DNA from: Babesia bigemina
Lineage: Eukaryota
Direction of reading: 5' to 3'
Length of the DNA: 64,000 nt
Assembly: GCF_000981445.1 (NCBI RefSeq)
Contig: NC_027216.1
Coordinates: 2,108,001 to 2,172,000 of the forward strand
The notes below the pieces were generated by a model, which had not been told where the DNA came from, made no database searches, and was given only the letters and a program-made list of their open reading frames with translations. Made by a program: the position numbers and the translations under genes. Below are positions 23,523-35,484 of the stretch, piece by piece. How positions within the stretch are numbered: position 1 is the stretch's first letter; the number at the start of each line of letters is the position of its first letter.

Positions 23523-23542
23523 GGGGGGGGGGGGGTATAAAA
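23523..23542 (+). repeat. G13 homopolymer directly followed by TATAAAA
   Basis: Read directly: ta-ggggggggggggg-tataaaa-g, about 520 bp upstream of the ves-family gene at 24063. Confidence 0.8.
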
Positions 23543-24062
23543 GTGAGCATATGTCTTATAGACGACTGTGATGTCGGCTAAAGGAAGCAAAGTGGTGTGA
23601 TCATGAACGTTATTCCTGGTGATGCTCGGGCTGTACTGCGTAATTACCGCGGGACAGCCTACGCCCCGTAACAGACTTCCAGGAAGCCCTGCTACATTAC
23701 AAACGTTGATGCATTACCAGGCCGATAATACTATCTCAAGATTCATTGTGTGTCATTATTGCATACGCCAATGACATGCGTTGTTGATACTGCATGTCAC
23801 GTCATTGTTAAGGAGCTGGCTGCGATATGGCAACTTTGCTGCCATTGCGCTTCAAAACTAGGCACATTTGTACATACGCATTTGTGGATTTATGTGAGAC
23901 GCATATTTAATTGGCGTGAACATTATTGGTACTGATTCACCATTTAAACATATCTGGTCTTCACACCACTCGTTGAGTGTATGCCTTGTTTTGGAATACG
24001 CCCGTAAAAGGCAAAACGCAACACGCGTGTAGCACTCTTCTGACTCATCTAATCTCCTCAAA

Positions 24063-24824
24063 ATGGTGTACAATTCGTTGACTGATGCGCCTCACAACGT
24101 CAAGGAGTGCGTCGACTGGTTGATAGCCCTGAGAGGAGCTCATCCTGACAACAACCTGAAGGCTATGGGAGTCGCACTTTACGATTTCCTCGTGGATAAG
24201 CCTGTCGGGAAGATGGAGGTGCCAGCGCTGGAGAATGTTAAAAAAATTTCCAAGGAGTTCATGGAGCAAAAGGAGCTTAAAAACATGTGGCCCGCCAACG
24301 AGCTGCTGAAGAGATTCAGTAAGCCCATGATTAAAAACAACTACAAACTCCGCAATATATTTACTACTATATACGACAGCGATTATAAGAACGTCGTAAA
24401 TTCTAAGGATGCCACCGCTGAAACCGTAATAACGGGCGTAATTAACCTTACTTATGGTTGTGAGCGGTTCCTGAACCATATGAAAGTGCCTGAACAGTAC
24501 AAGTCTGCCTACAGTTCGGAAGCTACGTGGGAGTCTTCGTGCTCGAAAAAGCCGGAAGATTGTGCAGTGGTACTCGTGGGTATTGCGCCTATGTTGTACA
24601 CGGGCATGCTATCTTTGTTTGATGCGAGCAACCCTCCAATCGTTAGATGCAGAGCCAATACAGTGAGTGAGCGTTTGAAAAGAGTATTAACAGCCTTGGG
24701 TTACGTCGAACCAGAATCCCGCAATAGCCTGCATAGAGCATACGTCCGCAAGGCACTGGTGAATGTGAATTTCGAGCTATTGGACACAGTGTACGACTTC
24801 GCTGGCTTTTGGGCTTTCTATTGA
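24063..24824 (+). CDS. Short ves-family protein (VESA N-terminal-like, ves2-type; no TM)
   Basis: 253-aa ORF with SLTDAPHNVKECVDWL (VESA N-terminal motif), YKSAYSSEATW, CAVVLVGIAPMLY, ALGY and terminal YDFAGFWAFY, typical of the short ves-related family in B. bigemina-like Babesia. Confidence 0.85.
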   Translation: MVYNSLTDAPHNVKECVDWLIALRGAHPDNNLKAMGVALYDFLVDKPVGKMEVPALENVKKISKEFMEQKELKNMWPANELLKRFSKPMIKNNYKLRNIFTTIYDSDYKNVVNSKDATAETVITGVINLTYGCERFLNHMKVPEQYKSAYSSEATWESSCSKKPEDCAVVLVGIAPMLYTGMLSLFDASNPPIVRCRANTVSERLKRVLTALGYVEPESRNSLHRAYVRKALVNVNFELLDTVYDFAGFWAFY

Positions 24825-25280
24825 GTAGATATTGTGCGTTGGCTATATATGCAGTTCCAAACATTGATTTTGAGTCCGGATATCCAGTTACCTTTCTGCT
24901 AGTTCCTGAGGTCATTTCTCGATAAGTCTCTTTAACGTCTAAAGACGTAATTTAGCTTCACTTAATGGAAGCGTATTTTTCATATCGCAAAAACCTTCAT
25001 TTTAATGTTTTGGCTTCTATCGCGATTCCACGTTTCCATCTCAGTTCTCTGGTAACGCTTTACAAAGAGCTTTAATAGATTTGCATCTAGTATCCAAGCC
25101 TTCGCACCAGTGATCTCCGAGTCTCACCCAGTTAACACTGCATCATCTTGCCATGCCACATTACTTTTCAAAGTATTAGCATAATACATGCGCAAAAGCA
25201 CGTCGTATATTTATACCACCGCTTCATTTAACGGTTATACAGAGAACAGTATATCAACTACATTATAAATAAGACTGTCA

Positions 25281-27420
25281 TTACATTATCAGCTTCCTCA
25301 CGAAGTCAGCGTCTACACCGTGTTCATCTTCTTCGTTCTCTTCATACGTGGAAGTATGAACGGAGAGATACACTAGATGCTCTTGCAGTGCTGTGGAGAT
25401 GTTGGCCTTGGCGGCGACGACGGCGTGGTAGTCGACGTATACGTCGGGGAATTTATGCCATAACCACGCATAGGCATCTAGAATCTGTTACAGACTGTAT
25501 GATATACTAAAATGCAGACCACGTACTTGGTATAGCATTTCTAGACGTCGCATCACATCATGACGGATACCTTGGCCGCCTTCAGAATTGTTTTCGTCTT
25601 TTATCATAGTACCGTGAGTTTGCAGAAGCTCCATAGCATCTGTGTGTACTACATTCTGGATCTTGACAGTGTTAAGAACAGCGTGGCTTAGTGCGAAAGA
25701 GCGCAGCACCAGCTGCAGGGCCGGTTGGGATCCCAGGGGCACAAAAAGGTACTCCACCAACGTTTGAGTCGGCAACTCGATACGCTCTAGAGCCTTGGCA
25801 ACTTTTATGAGCGCATGTACATCACAGAGCTCGAACGTACCGCCGGCCTGCGCCATTATGCGATACATCTGGATAGCTTCAGCCAGAGTGGCCGGCGGAT
25901 CTGTAGCCGATTGCACAGCGTCGGCAAAAGCGGCTATTGTGACCGGCGATGGCGCCACAACAGCACGCTCTAGCTGCTCCTGCTTCTTCTCCATCATCCG
26001 CTTGACGTACCCTATGTTTTCGAACCTCATGCAACCGACGTAACCGTTCCCACAGTCCAACCCGTATCTGCCAGCACGTCCTGCGATCTGCTGAACCTCC
26101 GCCGCAGTTAGCCGTCGTCGTTTCATCCCATCAAACTTTTTAACCGTATGGAATATAACGCGCTTTATGCGCACGTTCACACCCATTCCGATGACGTCGG
26201 ATGCGACCAAAATGCACTTTCGCCTGGAATTGAAGTCGTCAATCTGGCGCGTACGAGTTTCTGGAGGCAACGAACCGTACACTACCGCCGTTGAGAGCGG
26301 TTTCGATCCATCGTTTTTGAAACAGCTGCGTTCGATGTTCTCTACGAGTCGCAGCGCAGTGCCCCTTGAAAAACAGACGACACAGTCGCCTGGTTGTAAA
26401 TCATCAATTGACATTGGTTCATCTATAACCGCTATTTGCCCGAGCCTCGCATGCTCCGTAACTTCGAGCTGAGGACAGTGAGAGCTTGCAAACCAAACCT
26501 ACCGAATCTCCAGCAATATCACAGAGACTCTTAGCCAACGTGTAGCAAGATATGCTGCCACATATGTGAACCTCAGGTGCCCGTATACCGAGGAAGGCAC
26601 GTGTCCAAGCGAATCCCCTGTTGGCGTCGCCGACCATCTGCATCTCGTCGATAACGGCGCAGCCGTAATCCCGGTGAAGTGGCGTCATTTCTACCGTGCA
26701 CGCCAGATGCGTATCTCCATCGTTAGAAACATTCTCCTGGCCTGTTAAAAGTGAGCAATGCAAGCCTGCCTCAGACAGTCGTTGTCGCATCTCCCATGCC
26801 AGCAGCCGCAAAGGTGAACAATATGCCCCCGATTTTGCTGCGCAGAGACTCCTGTGCGCTTCATGTGTTTTACCGCTGTTAGGAGGTCCAAGATGCGCAA
26901 TCACACGGCGCCTGAATGGGCGAGGTGGAAATTCCTGAAGTGGGTTGGTGAGGTCCGCCAGATGCTTGGCACCGTGGAATGCCAGCATCGTCTGCGGCAT
27001 TTCTCGCCGCACATACTCTGTCAAATGCAATATTATTGCTTCACATACCGGAGTTATACTGTCAGCTTTCCGATTTGTGCCATCAGCAGGAAGGTGCAGA
27101 CTCGTCACAGCCGATATCATGCATGACCGGACGGCCTGCTTCGCATCCTGGTCATGGTCAACGTGCCTTATGAACTTGTCTCTAAACTCAGCGCTGCTGA
27201 TTAAGAACGGAGGAACCCCCTTGGCGTACAAATTGCGGCTCCATTCTTGGCAGTGCGAAAGCTGCAGCAATGCGTTGTTCAGGAGGATTCGTTCATGCTC
27301 GGTGAATGCGATTGCGTCCTTGGCTCGGTTGTAAAGTTCGTCGATATTGTATGCAGCGTAACTTTTAGTCCGCCTGGCGTACCGTATAGATATCTGTCCA
27401 GCCCGGACGGCGGCCCACAT
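25281..27420 (-). CDS. SUV3: Mitochondrial ATP-dependent RNA helicase SUV3; introns 26469..26502 and 25485..25526
   Basis: HLGPPNSGKT, PLRLLAWE, CTVEM, VIDEMQM, RGFAWTRA, VVYGSLPPETR, ASDVIGMGVN, QIAGRAGRYG. The spliced frames join cleanly. Confidence 0.93.
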
Positions 27421-28044
27421 AACGACGCAATCGAATGGTCACCTAGACGTACTGACTCCTTCGGAAGCCACTGTGACCTAACGACCACCAATCCAGTTAG
27501 ATTTGTCATAACAAATAATCACAAAGCGTTGACAGCATATGAGATCAACTACAAGGGTAATGGAGTGATGTTATAACGTGGCCGGCTACACCCTCTGGCT
27601 GCTGCAATCGTAAGGCCAAACCCGGCCCACAGAAGGTATATCGCACAAATAGCAGGTCTATATGTCACACATTTTATTGTATGCGAGAAGTGTACCGAAC
27701 CATAAACGACATATTGCGTCACTTGTCGGATTTAGGTAACGGCGGCAGTTGCTGGGCTGTCGTACCAACGTTGACACACACTGGCCTTGTAGATCACACA
27801 TCTGCCGATGTGTAACGAATACGTATACAAAATTCCATAGCGAATCGCAGAAAAGGCAGTTATTACAAAAATATGTAGAGTGGTTTTGCTGATGCTGACG
27901 CACATTGGTGCGGTGGACAATGGCACGACGGGAGTCGCTGCGCCATTCAATCCAATTTCTTACACAATGCAGTTTATAACTTAACTTAAATACTGTAGAT
28001 AGCAGTACTGTCATTTAAATGTAGTAATAGTAGGGGTCTGTAAC

Positions 28045-29373
28045 ATGGTAGGCCCGGCTCCCCCGTTAGCTCCAAAGCGGCCGCTCTTGGTCCCCAAGAC
28101 CGGTCCATCGACAGCGTCTAAGGTGACGGCTCCAACCACGGCGCCCAAGGTGTTGTTTGCGCCGAAAAAGGCGACAGTGGAAGCGGCGAAGGCTTCGTTT
28201 GCGCAACTCAAGACCCCACCGCCTCCAAAAAAGGCTCCATTGGTTATGCCGAAGAAAGCCACGGTAAAATCCAGTATCGTGGAAGCAGCAACTGCTAAGC
28301 CTTCAGCTCCAATTTCCAGGCGATCATCTGATGCTAGTATCAATGCAGATCGTCAATCTAATGTAGTACCAGATAACACGGTGCCTTTGCTTAAGATGGG
28401 ATCATCTGCTCACAAGGCCTCGGATCCTCAATCCTTCAAATCAATGCTGACTTCGGCGCTTGTGCCATCGATTGACATGGCACAACTCGATGGATCGAAT
28501 GAAGTACCTGTAAAACCATCTGCGAAATCGGCGGTTGCTAGTAATCCCACTGAAACGACCAAGGTTGCATGTTTGACACCAGAGTCAAACCCAGACAATT
28601 CATATGGCGCGAATCAGTCGCCAATGTCATCCGTGGATAAGGATAAACACATTTCAAAAGATATCGAAGACGCCAGTGCTAAACATGTTGTCCCTTCCAT
28701 TAATATGGATAGTCCACGTACCGTTGGTTCAACACCTTGGCTGGATATCGAGCGTCGCATCAACGAAATACGTGCGCTGGCTTCTGCAAATATGCCAGAA
28801 GAATCGGCACGAACCCCGCGAAGGAATGCTGCGGACGGAAGCAGCCTTTATGGCAATTACAACACCCACTACGAGGCCGGTCGGGACTGGGGAAAAGAGG
28901 TGTCACGCCCTCTAAGTTACCGGATGGTGCAAAGTCTGCAAAAATCTAAGGACAAAACACAGCAAAGGTGCTCAACAACAACCCCGGATCGCTGGAATTT
29001 TGTGGATGGTTTCCTCAAGCCTCGGCGCAAACCGTTTGCGAGCATGTCGGAATTGTCCCAACATTTTCGCCACATTTCGAGTGGCGACCAGAGTGAGTTG
29101 ATAAAATTGTTGTTGGCTTGTAGATCGTTGGAGAAGTTGATTGAGGAGCAGCACGGCGTGTTGGACATGCTGGACCACGACCTGCGTGAGGCGCGTGAGA
29201 TGTTGCGTTTGCCGGAGCACCTGCGCGGTCTATGCCCGCAGAAGGTGATGGGACAGCCTCCTCAGGAGGAGCCTTTTTACCCTACCAGCGACATCCCGCT
29301 CTTCATAAAGGGGCGCGTCTCACTGCTCCCCGGCGCAAACGACGTCCAGCTGTCGGTGGTCAGCAACAATTAG
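28045..29373 (+). CDS. Hypothetical protein, Pro/Lys/Ala-rich N-terminus and C-terminal coiled coil
   Basis: 442-aa ATG ORF with low-complexity N-terminus and LEKLIEEQHGVLDMLDHDLREAREML heptads. Confidence 0.8.
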   Translation: MVGPAPPLAPKRPLLVPKTGPSTASKVTAPTTAPKVLFAPKKATVEAAKASFAQLKTPPPPKKAPLVMPKKATVKSSIVEAATAKPSAPISRRSSDASINADRQSNVVPDNTVPLLKMGSSAHKASDPQSFKSMLTSALVPSIDMAQLDGSNEVPVKPSAKSAVASNPTETTKVACLTPESNPDNSYGANQSPMSSVDKDKHISKDIEDASAKHVVPSINMDSPRTVGSTPWLDIERRINEIRALASANMPEESARTPRRNAADGSSLYGNYNTHYEAGRDWGKEVSRPLSYRMVQSLQKSKDKTQQRCSTTTPDRWNFVDGFLKPRRKPFASMSELSQHFRHISSGDQSELIKLLLACRSLEKLIEEQHGVLDMLDHDLREAREMLRLPEHLRGLCPQKVMGQPPQEEPFYPTSDIPLFIKGRVSLLPGANDVQLSVVSNN

Positions 29374-29441
29374 GTGTCAGGCACTTAGTTGCAGCCAACA
29401 ACACGTTATTTCAATTATTAACGCTGCATGATTGATATCAC

Positions 29442-30432
29442 GTGTATGTGGCGTATTATGGGCACCAAGCTGTTGCTGGCAACGGCGACGAAGCAGCCAT
29501 CTCAGGCAAGGCGAGCATGATGCATCGTTGGTACATTATGCAATGTACCACGATACACTGTGCACCCAAAGGTTGGCGTGATTTAGAAGCCGCGATCGAG
29601 AACGTCCGGCGGCACAAGTTGGGACCTCACAGTGCATCCAGTGGCGGGTCTCGCTGGACTCCGGTGGCACTGGTGCTACTGATCGTATGCGCTGGCGTTG
29701 CGACAGTGGTGTACGTGGAGACCGTCCGCTCATCACTGCTGGACGCTACAGGTAACGCTGCTGGAGTTATACTGCACAACCGGGCGTTCCACGACCAGTC
29801 CATGGTCTTCCTGCGGCGGCTGGCGGAGGACTTCCTGAACAGCGCGGAGACGGAGGAGCTGCTGAAGCGCAAGGTGGAGCAGCTGCTGTTGAGCTCCGGT
29901 GAAGTTCTGCGCGACACCGTGATTCGTCTGCTGCACCATGACGAGGTCACTAAGACAGCGTACGCCTTCAGCCGCCAGATCACAGAAGACCTCTGCAAGG
30001 ACGAAGAGGTCATTGAGTATGTGGGACAGCTACTATTGGACGCAATCAACACTAAGACGGCCGTGGATGGTGCCGCGAAGTGGTTTGTGGACATCGCTGC
30101 ACGCGACGACACTGTTGAGGCCATCGAGCGTCTGCTGTGCGAGCGTGTCTTGTCGAACGCCAACGTGCATGCGGAGGCCCTCGACCTGGTAAGTTGCCCA
30201 GAACGCCCGTATCACCAATGTTCAGTGCAAGTCTGTGACTTCGCAGTTCCTGAGCGCGGAGTCGACCAAGCGGGAGTCGGTCGCGTTCATCAAGTCCGTC
30301 CAGGACCGCCCGTCGATCCACGCCCACCTATCGCAGGCGCTCATCGAGGTGCTCAAGCAGAGCTTCTACCCGCGATGGCCGATTTTTACGACTTGGGAAT
30401 TTAATGGTGCCACAGGTTTGTGGATTGCATGA
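29442..30432 (+). CDS. Hypothetical single-TM helical protein ('gene X'); start uncertain; intron 30189..30225
   Basis: Long ORF with a TM (VALVLLIVCAGVATVVYV) and a helical domain with housekeeping codon bias. A 37-nt GTAAGT..TTCAG intron joins it to a last exon ending at TGA 30432. Confidence 0.75.
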
Positions 30433-30676
30433 AGTACACTTGTGGAAGCGTTATGAATGTCGCTGAAGGCAGTCTGGTAGCGTCAAATGTGCCGGATTGC
30501 AGGCCTGACTTCTCATATATTTTATAGAATTATAACGGTGTGCATTTAACATATTCATTGTGGTAACATTATTTGTGTTACTTTTGTCACTTGTCGGTAA
30601 ATGACCAAATGTATTGTTCTGGGGTTCAATGTTATGTGTTTACACCGTCCAGTCGTAAATAACGACTCTATTATAG
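29610..30676 (+). repeat. Direct repeat copy 1 (~1.07 kb; copy 2 at 32712..33778)
   Basis: Same sequence at offset 3102, including intron and intergenic DNA. The ORF track gives identical translations for both copies. Confidence 0.95.
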
Positions 30677-30853
30677 TTAATATGTTGTAAGGTATTCGTA
30701 CCCCCATTCAACGAGGTTTTACTGCAACGAATATCATGATATGTAGTATTGTGGAATATTTAATCCTGATGCTACATTTCTGACCCATATGTTATGAAAC
30801 ACGTATAACTGTTGATCAGAAAGTCATTTGTAGAAAGACAAAACATTATCAGT

Positions 30854-32372
30854 ATGGCAAGAATGGTGGGCGCGGGGACACAATTGGCGCCTGCAGCTCC
30901 AACTGAAAAAGTGAAGTACAATGCTTTTGGACAATTCCTCTTCTATTTGGTCTCTTTCATCGAAGGTTACGACCAACAGGTGTTGTCCATGTGTATGAGG
31001 GCTTTCGAGTTAACGTTGGGTTTTTCGCAGTCTCAGTTGTCCACGTTATCAACTGTGTCTACCATGTCCCGCATGGGTTGCTGCTTAATCTGGGGATTGT
31101 TGGCAGATAATCATCACTCGAATTATGTACTCGGCGGTGGTTTGTTAGTGATGGGTATGGCTTCAATTTTCTTAAGTTCAGCGTCGCACTACAAAGTGGT
31201 ATGTTGCAAATGTTGCACCGCTGATTTACTTGCAGATCCTCTTCCTGCGATTCTTACACGGGTTTGGATTCGCCTGTGTATATCCGGTACAACAGAAAAT
31301 AGTTGCAGATTCAACTGGTTCAGAGGATTCAAACCAACAGGCGGAGGAAGGCCAGCATGATGCAGCTGATAGTGCAGAGGAAGGGGAGGAAGAAGAAGAT
31401 TCGAAGGAAACGAAAGATGCTAATGACATGTTTACGACTTTCCAGGCTCTAAATTGCATTGGTAGGTTGATATGTGCAGTCATAACTACGCTTATCGCAC
31501 GCAAAGTCTTATTAGGATATTATGGCTGGCGTACGTCGTACGTTGTGTTGGGATACGTGTGGATATTATTTGGTATTGCGATTGTCTGTGGAATGCAGGG
31601 CAAGTTTAAGAAATCCAAAGAAGAATTACCAGAGCTAATAAAGAAAGCCTTTGAAGAAGTTTTTCAAAAGAAGACGACAGGAATATCCATATTTACCATA
31701 TTCATCGCAGAAGCGCCAATGTGCGCGTTTAATTATATGACCATCTATCTGCAATATTTGGGAGTGTCTGACACAATGGCAGGTGTCGCAATTGCAGTCA
31801 CATTGATTGGCGGCGCAGCGGGAAGTGGCGCGGGAGGAGTAATTATAAAGGAAATAGCGAAAAAACAGAAATATTATGGTGAGCCCGGCGCTGGATGCGT
31901 AGTGATGATTATCCGATATGTTGTGTGCTTATTGTTCTTTTTAGGCCCAGCGCCGCAAGGGAAGCTGCTTTGGTATCATTACGTAGAGTTGGCAGTTCTT
32001 GGGGCAACATTAGTGTCGGTTGGTGGTGTTGATAGGGCCATAATGAAGAAATCAATTCAAGACAAGTACCAGGCTACGGCATCTGCCATAATTCGAACCA
32101 TATCCGGTATTGCAAGCAGTGTGATTCTCTACCAGATTTCGGCTTATTTGACCGAAAAAGTTTTTGGTTACGTTCCCTCTCGAGAATCCTTTGAAACCAT
32201 GGCTACTGACATTAAAGACCGAAATTCAGAGGCTCTGAGGAAGTCTATGATGTATATTATTTTAGCAGGTACAACACTTAATCTTGTTTGCTATATTGCA
32301 TACTTTGTGACTTATTCAACGGATAGGATTAAAAAGAAAAAGAAGGCACAAGCATCAAAGGCGGCACAATGA
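30854..32372 (+). CDS. MFS transporter, PAT/TFP-like, paralogue 3; intron 31199..31235
   Basis: Two ORFs joined by a 37-nt GTATGT..TTGCAG intron. Multi-TM, with an acidic insertion after QQKIVAD. Confidence 0.9.
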
Positions 32373-32711
32373 CAATGTATCTTACCATACGGAAAACGCT
32401 CGAACATTCTGGAGCATTAATAGCACCCAGCCTTTTAATATGATAGCCCATTATAGATGCTAATAGCACGGGTAATGAGGTTATTGATGTTTTCACTTAG
32501 GTCTGACGATTTTGAAATTGCTGGTAGATGACATACATGCCAGGAAAGCTACAGTCAAAAAAACATTAATCGCCTCTAGATATCTATGCGCGGCTATTTA
32601 AAAAAATGCTGTTGTATTCTACAAAATGAAATTAATTATCACCGGTAACATCAACGGCATCATGAACTTCGACGAGTGCCTTCAGGTCATCTCGCAGTCT
32701 AAGAAATACGC

Positions 32712-33534
32712 CGGCACAAGTTGGGACCTCACAGTGCATCCAGTGGCGGGTCTCGCTGGACTCCGGTGGCACTGGTGCTACTGATCGTATGCGCTGGCGT
32801 TGCGACAGTGGTGTACGTGGAGACCGTCCGCTCATCACTGCTGGACGCTACAGGTAACGCTGCTGGAGTTATACTGCACAACCGGGCGTTCCACGACCAG
32901 TCCATGGTCTTCCTGCGGCGGCTGGCGGAGGACTTCCTGAACAGCGCGGAGACGGAGGAGCTGCTGAAGCGCAAGGTGGAGCAGCTGCTGTTGAGCTCCG
33001 GTGAAGTTCTGCGCGACACCGTGATTCGTCTGCTGCACCATGACGAGGTCACTAAGACAGCGTACGCCTTCAGCCGCCAGATCACAGAAGACCTCTGCAA
33101 GGACGAAGAGGTCATTGAGTATGTGGGACAGCTACTATTGGACGCAATCAACACTAAGACGGCCGTGGATGGTGCCGCGAAGTGGTTTGTGGACATCGCT
33201 GCACGCGACGACACTGTTGAGGCCATCGAGCGTCTGCTGTGCGAGCGTGTCTTGTCGAACGCCAACGTGCATGCGGAGGCCCTCGACCTGGTAAGTTGCC
33301 CAGAACGCCCGTATCACCAATGTTCAGTGCAAGTCTGTGACTTCGCAGTTCCTGAGCGCGGAGTCGACCAAGCGGGAGTCGGTCGCGTTCATCAAGTCCG
33401 TCCAGGACCGCCCGTCGATCCACGCCCACCTATCGCAGGCGCTCATCGAGGTGCTCAAGCAGAGCTTCTACCCGCGATGGCCGATTTTTACGACTTGGGA
33501 ATTTAATGGTGCCACAGGTTTGTGGATTGCATGA
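32712..33534 (+). pseudogene. 5'-truncated duplicate of gene X
   Basis: Apparently identical to 29610..30432, but the frame is closed by TAA at 32700..32702 and there is no in-frame ATG before the TM segment. Confidence 0.75.
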
Positions 33535-33778
33535 AGTACACTTGTGGAAGCGTTATGAATGTCGCTGAAGGCAGTCTGGTAGCGTCAAATGTGCCGGATT
33601 GCAGGCCTGACTTCTCATATATTTTATAGAATTATAACGGTGTGCATTTAACATATTCATTGTGGTAACATTATTTGTGTTACTTTTGTCACTTGTCGGT
33701 AAATGACCAAATGTATTGTTCTGGGGTTCAATGTTATGTGTTTACACCGTCCAGTCGTAAATAACGACTCTATTATAG
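32712..33778 (+). repeat. Direct repeat copy 2
   Basis: Matches 29610..30676. Confidence 0.95.
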
Positions 33779-33947
33779 GTCGCCTGTGACGTATTATTCA
33801 TATTTCACAGCCAATACTATTCGATCGCGAGGAATCTTGTGATACATAATCGTGACGTTCCCTTCGTGACGTATATATTATGTAACCTACATAACATTTC
33901 ATCGCAACATCGTTTGACGAAGTGTTAAGTGTAGTCGTACAGCGAAA

Positions 33948-35484
33948 ATGTCAGAGACGGTAGCAGAAGATGCGACTACAAGTGTGCTTAAAAAAGTTAC
34001 CTACACTTCGCTAGGACAAGCACTTTATCATTTGGTCTCTTTTTTCGAAGGCTACGACCAACAGGTGTTGTCCATGTGTATGCGGGCTTTCGAGTTGACG
34101 TTGGGTTTGTCGCAAACTCAATTATCCACGTTATCAACTGTGTCTACCATGTCCCGCATGGGTTGCTGCTTAATCTGGGGATTGTTGGCTGACTGGTATG
34201 ATTCGAATTATGTACTTGGCGGCGGTTTGTTACTAATGGGCATGGCTTCAATTTTCTTAAGTTCAGCGTCGCACTACAAAGTGGTATGTTGCAAATGTTG
34301 CACCGCTGATTTACTTGCAGATCCTCTTCCTGCGATTCTTACACGGGTTTGGATTCGCCTGTGTATATCCGGTACAACAGAAAATAGTTGCAGATTCAAC
34401 TGGTTTAGAAGAATCAAAGAAACTTAAGGAAACATCTGCACCACAAGGATCAACTAGTTCGAAGGAAACACAGGAATCAAAGGATGCTAATGATATATTT
34501 ACACGTCTTCAGGCTCTAAATTGCATTGGTAGGTTAATATGTGCAGTCATAACTACGCTTATCGCACGCAAAGTCTTATTAGGATATTATGGCTGGCGTA
34601 CGTCGTACGTTGTGTTGGGATACGTGTGGATATTATTTGGTATTGCGATTGTCTGTGGAATGCAAGCTCAGCGTCTAAAATCCACAGAAAGTTTTCCTGA
34701 GCTTATATCTGGTGCTTTTAATGCAGTTTTTACCAGTGGAACTGCATGGATATGCATATTTACCATATTTATCGCAGAAGCGCCAATGTGCGCGTTTAAT
34801 TATATGACAATATATCTTCAGTATTTGGGTGTGTCTGATACAATGGCAGGCGTAGCGATTGCAGTCACATTGATTGGCGGCGCAGCAGGAAGTGGAGCTG
34901 GCGGTGAAATTATAAAGGCGCTTAATAAAGTTGATGACAACCATGCTGAACCAAGTTCCGGATGCGCAGTGATGATAGTGCGATATGTTGTGTGCTTATT
35001 GTTCTTTTTAGGCCCAGCTCCGCAAGGGAAGCTGCTTTGGTATCATTACGTAGAGTTGGCAGTTCTTGGGGCAACATTAGTGTCGGTTGGTGGCGTAGAT
35101 AGACCTGTTATGAAGAATGCGATCCAAGATAAGTACCAGGCCACTGCATCTGCCATAATTCGAACCATATCAGGCATTTCAAGCAGTGTAATATTATACC
35201 AAATTGCTGGATATTTAACAGAGAAGGTGTTTGGTTACGTCCCATCTAGGGAGTCATTCGAAAGCATGGAAGTAGCTGTTAAGGAAAGAAATGCCGAAGC
35301 TCTGCGTAAATCAATGATGTACATTATTTTGGCGGGTACAACACTTAATCTAGTCTGTTATTTGGCATTGTTCTGCACATATAAAGGTGATAAGAAAAAA
35401 GTAGGAGAACAAAACGAAGAGGAAGCAGCGGTACACACTGAACTTGAAAACGGTGGTGCCTGCGGAATCTTTGGCGTTCTTTAA
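33948..35484 (+). CDS. MFS transporter, PAT/TFP-like, paralogue 4; intron 34284..34320
   Basis: Intron identical to that of paralogue 3. Multi-TM, with long blocks nearly identical to paralogue 3. Confidence 0.9.
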
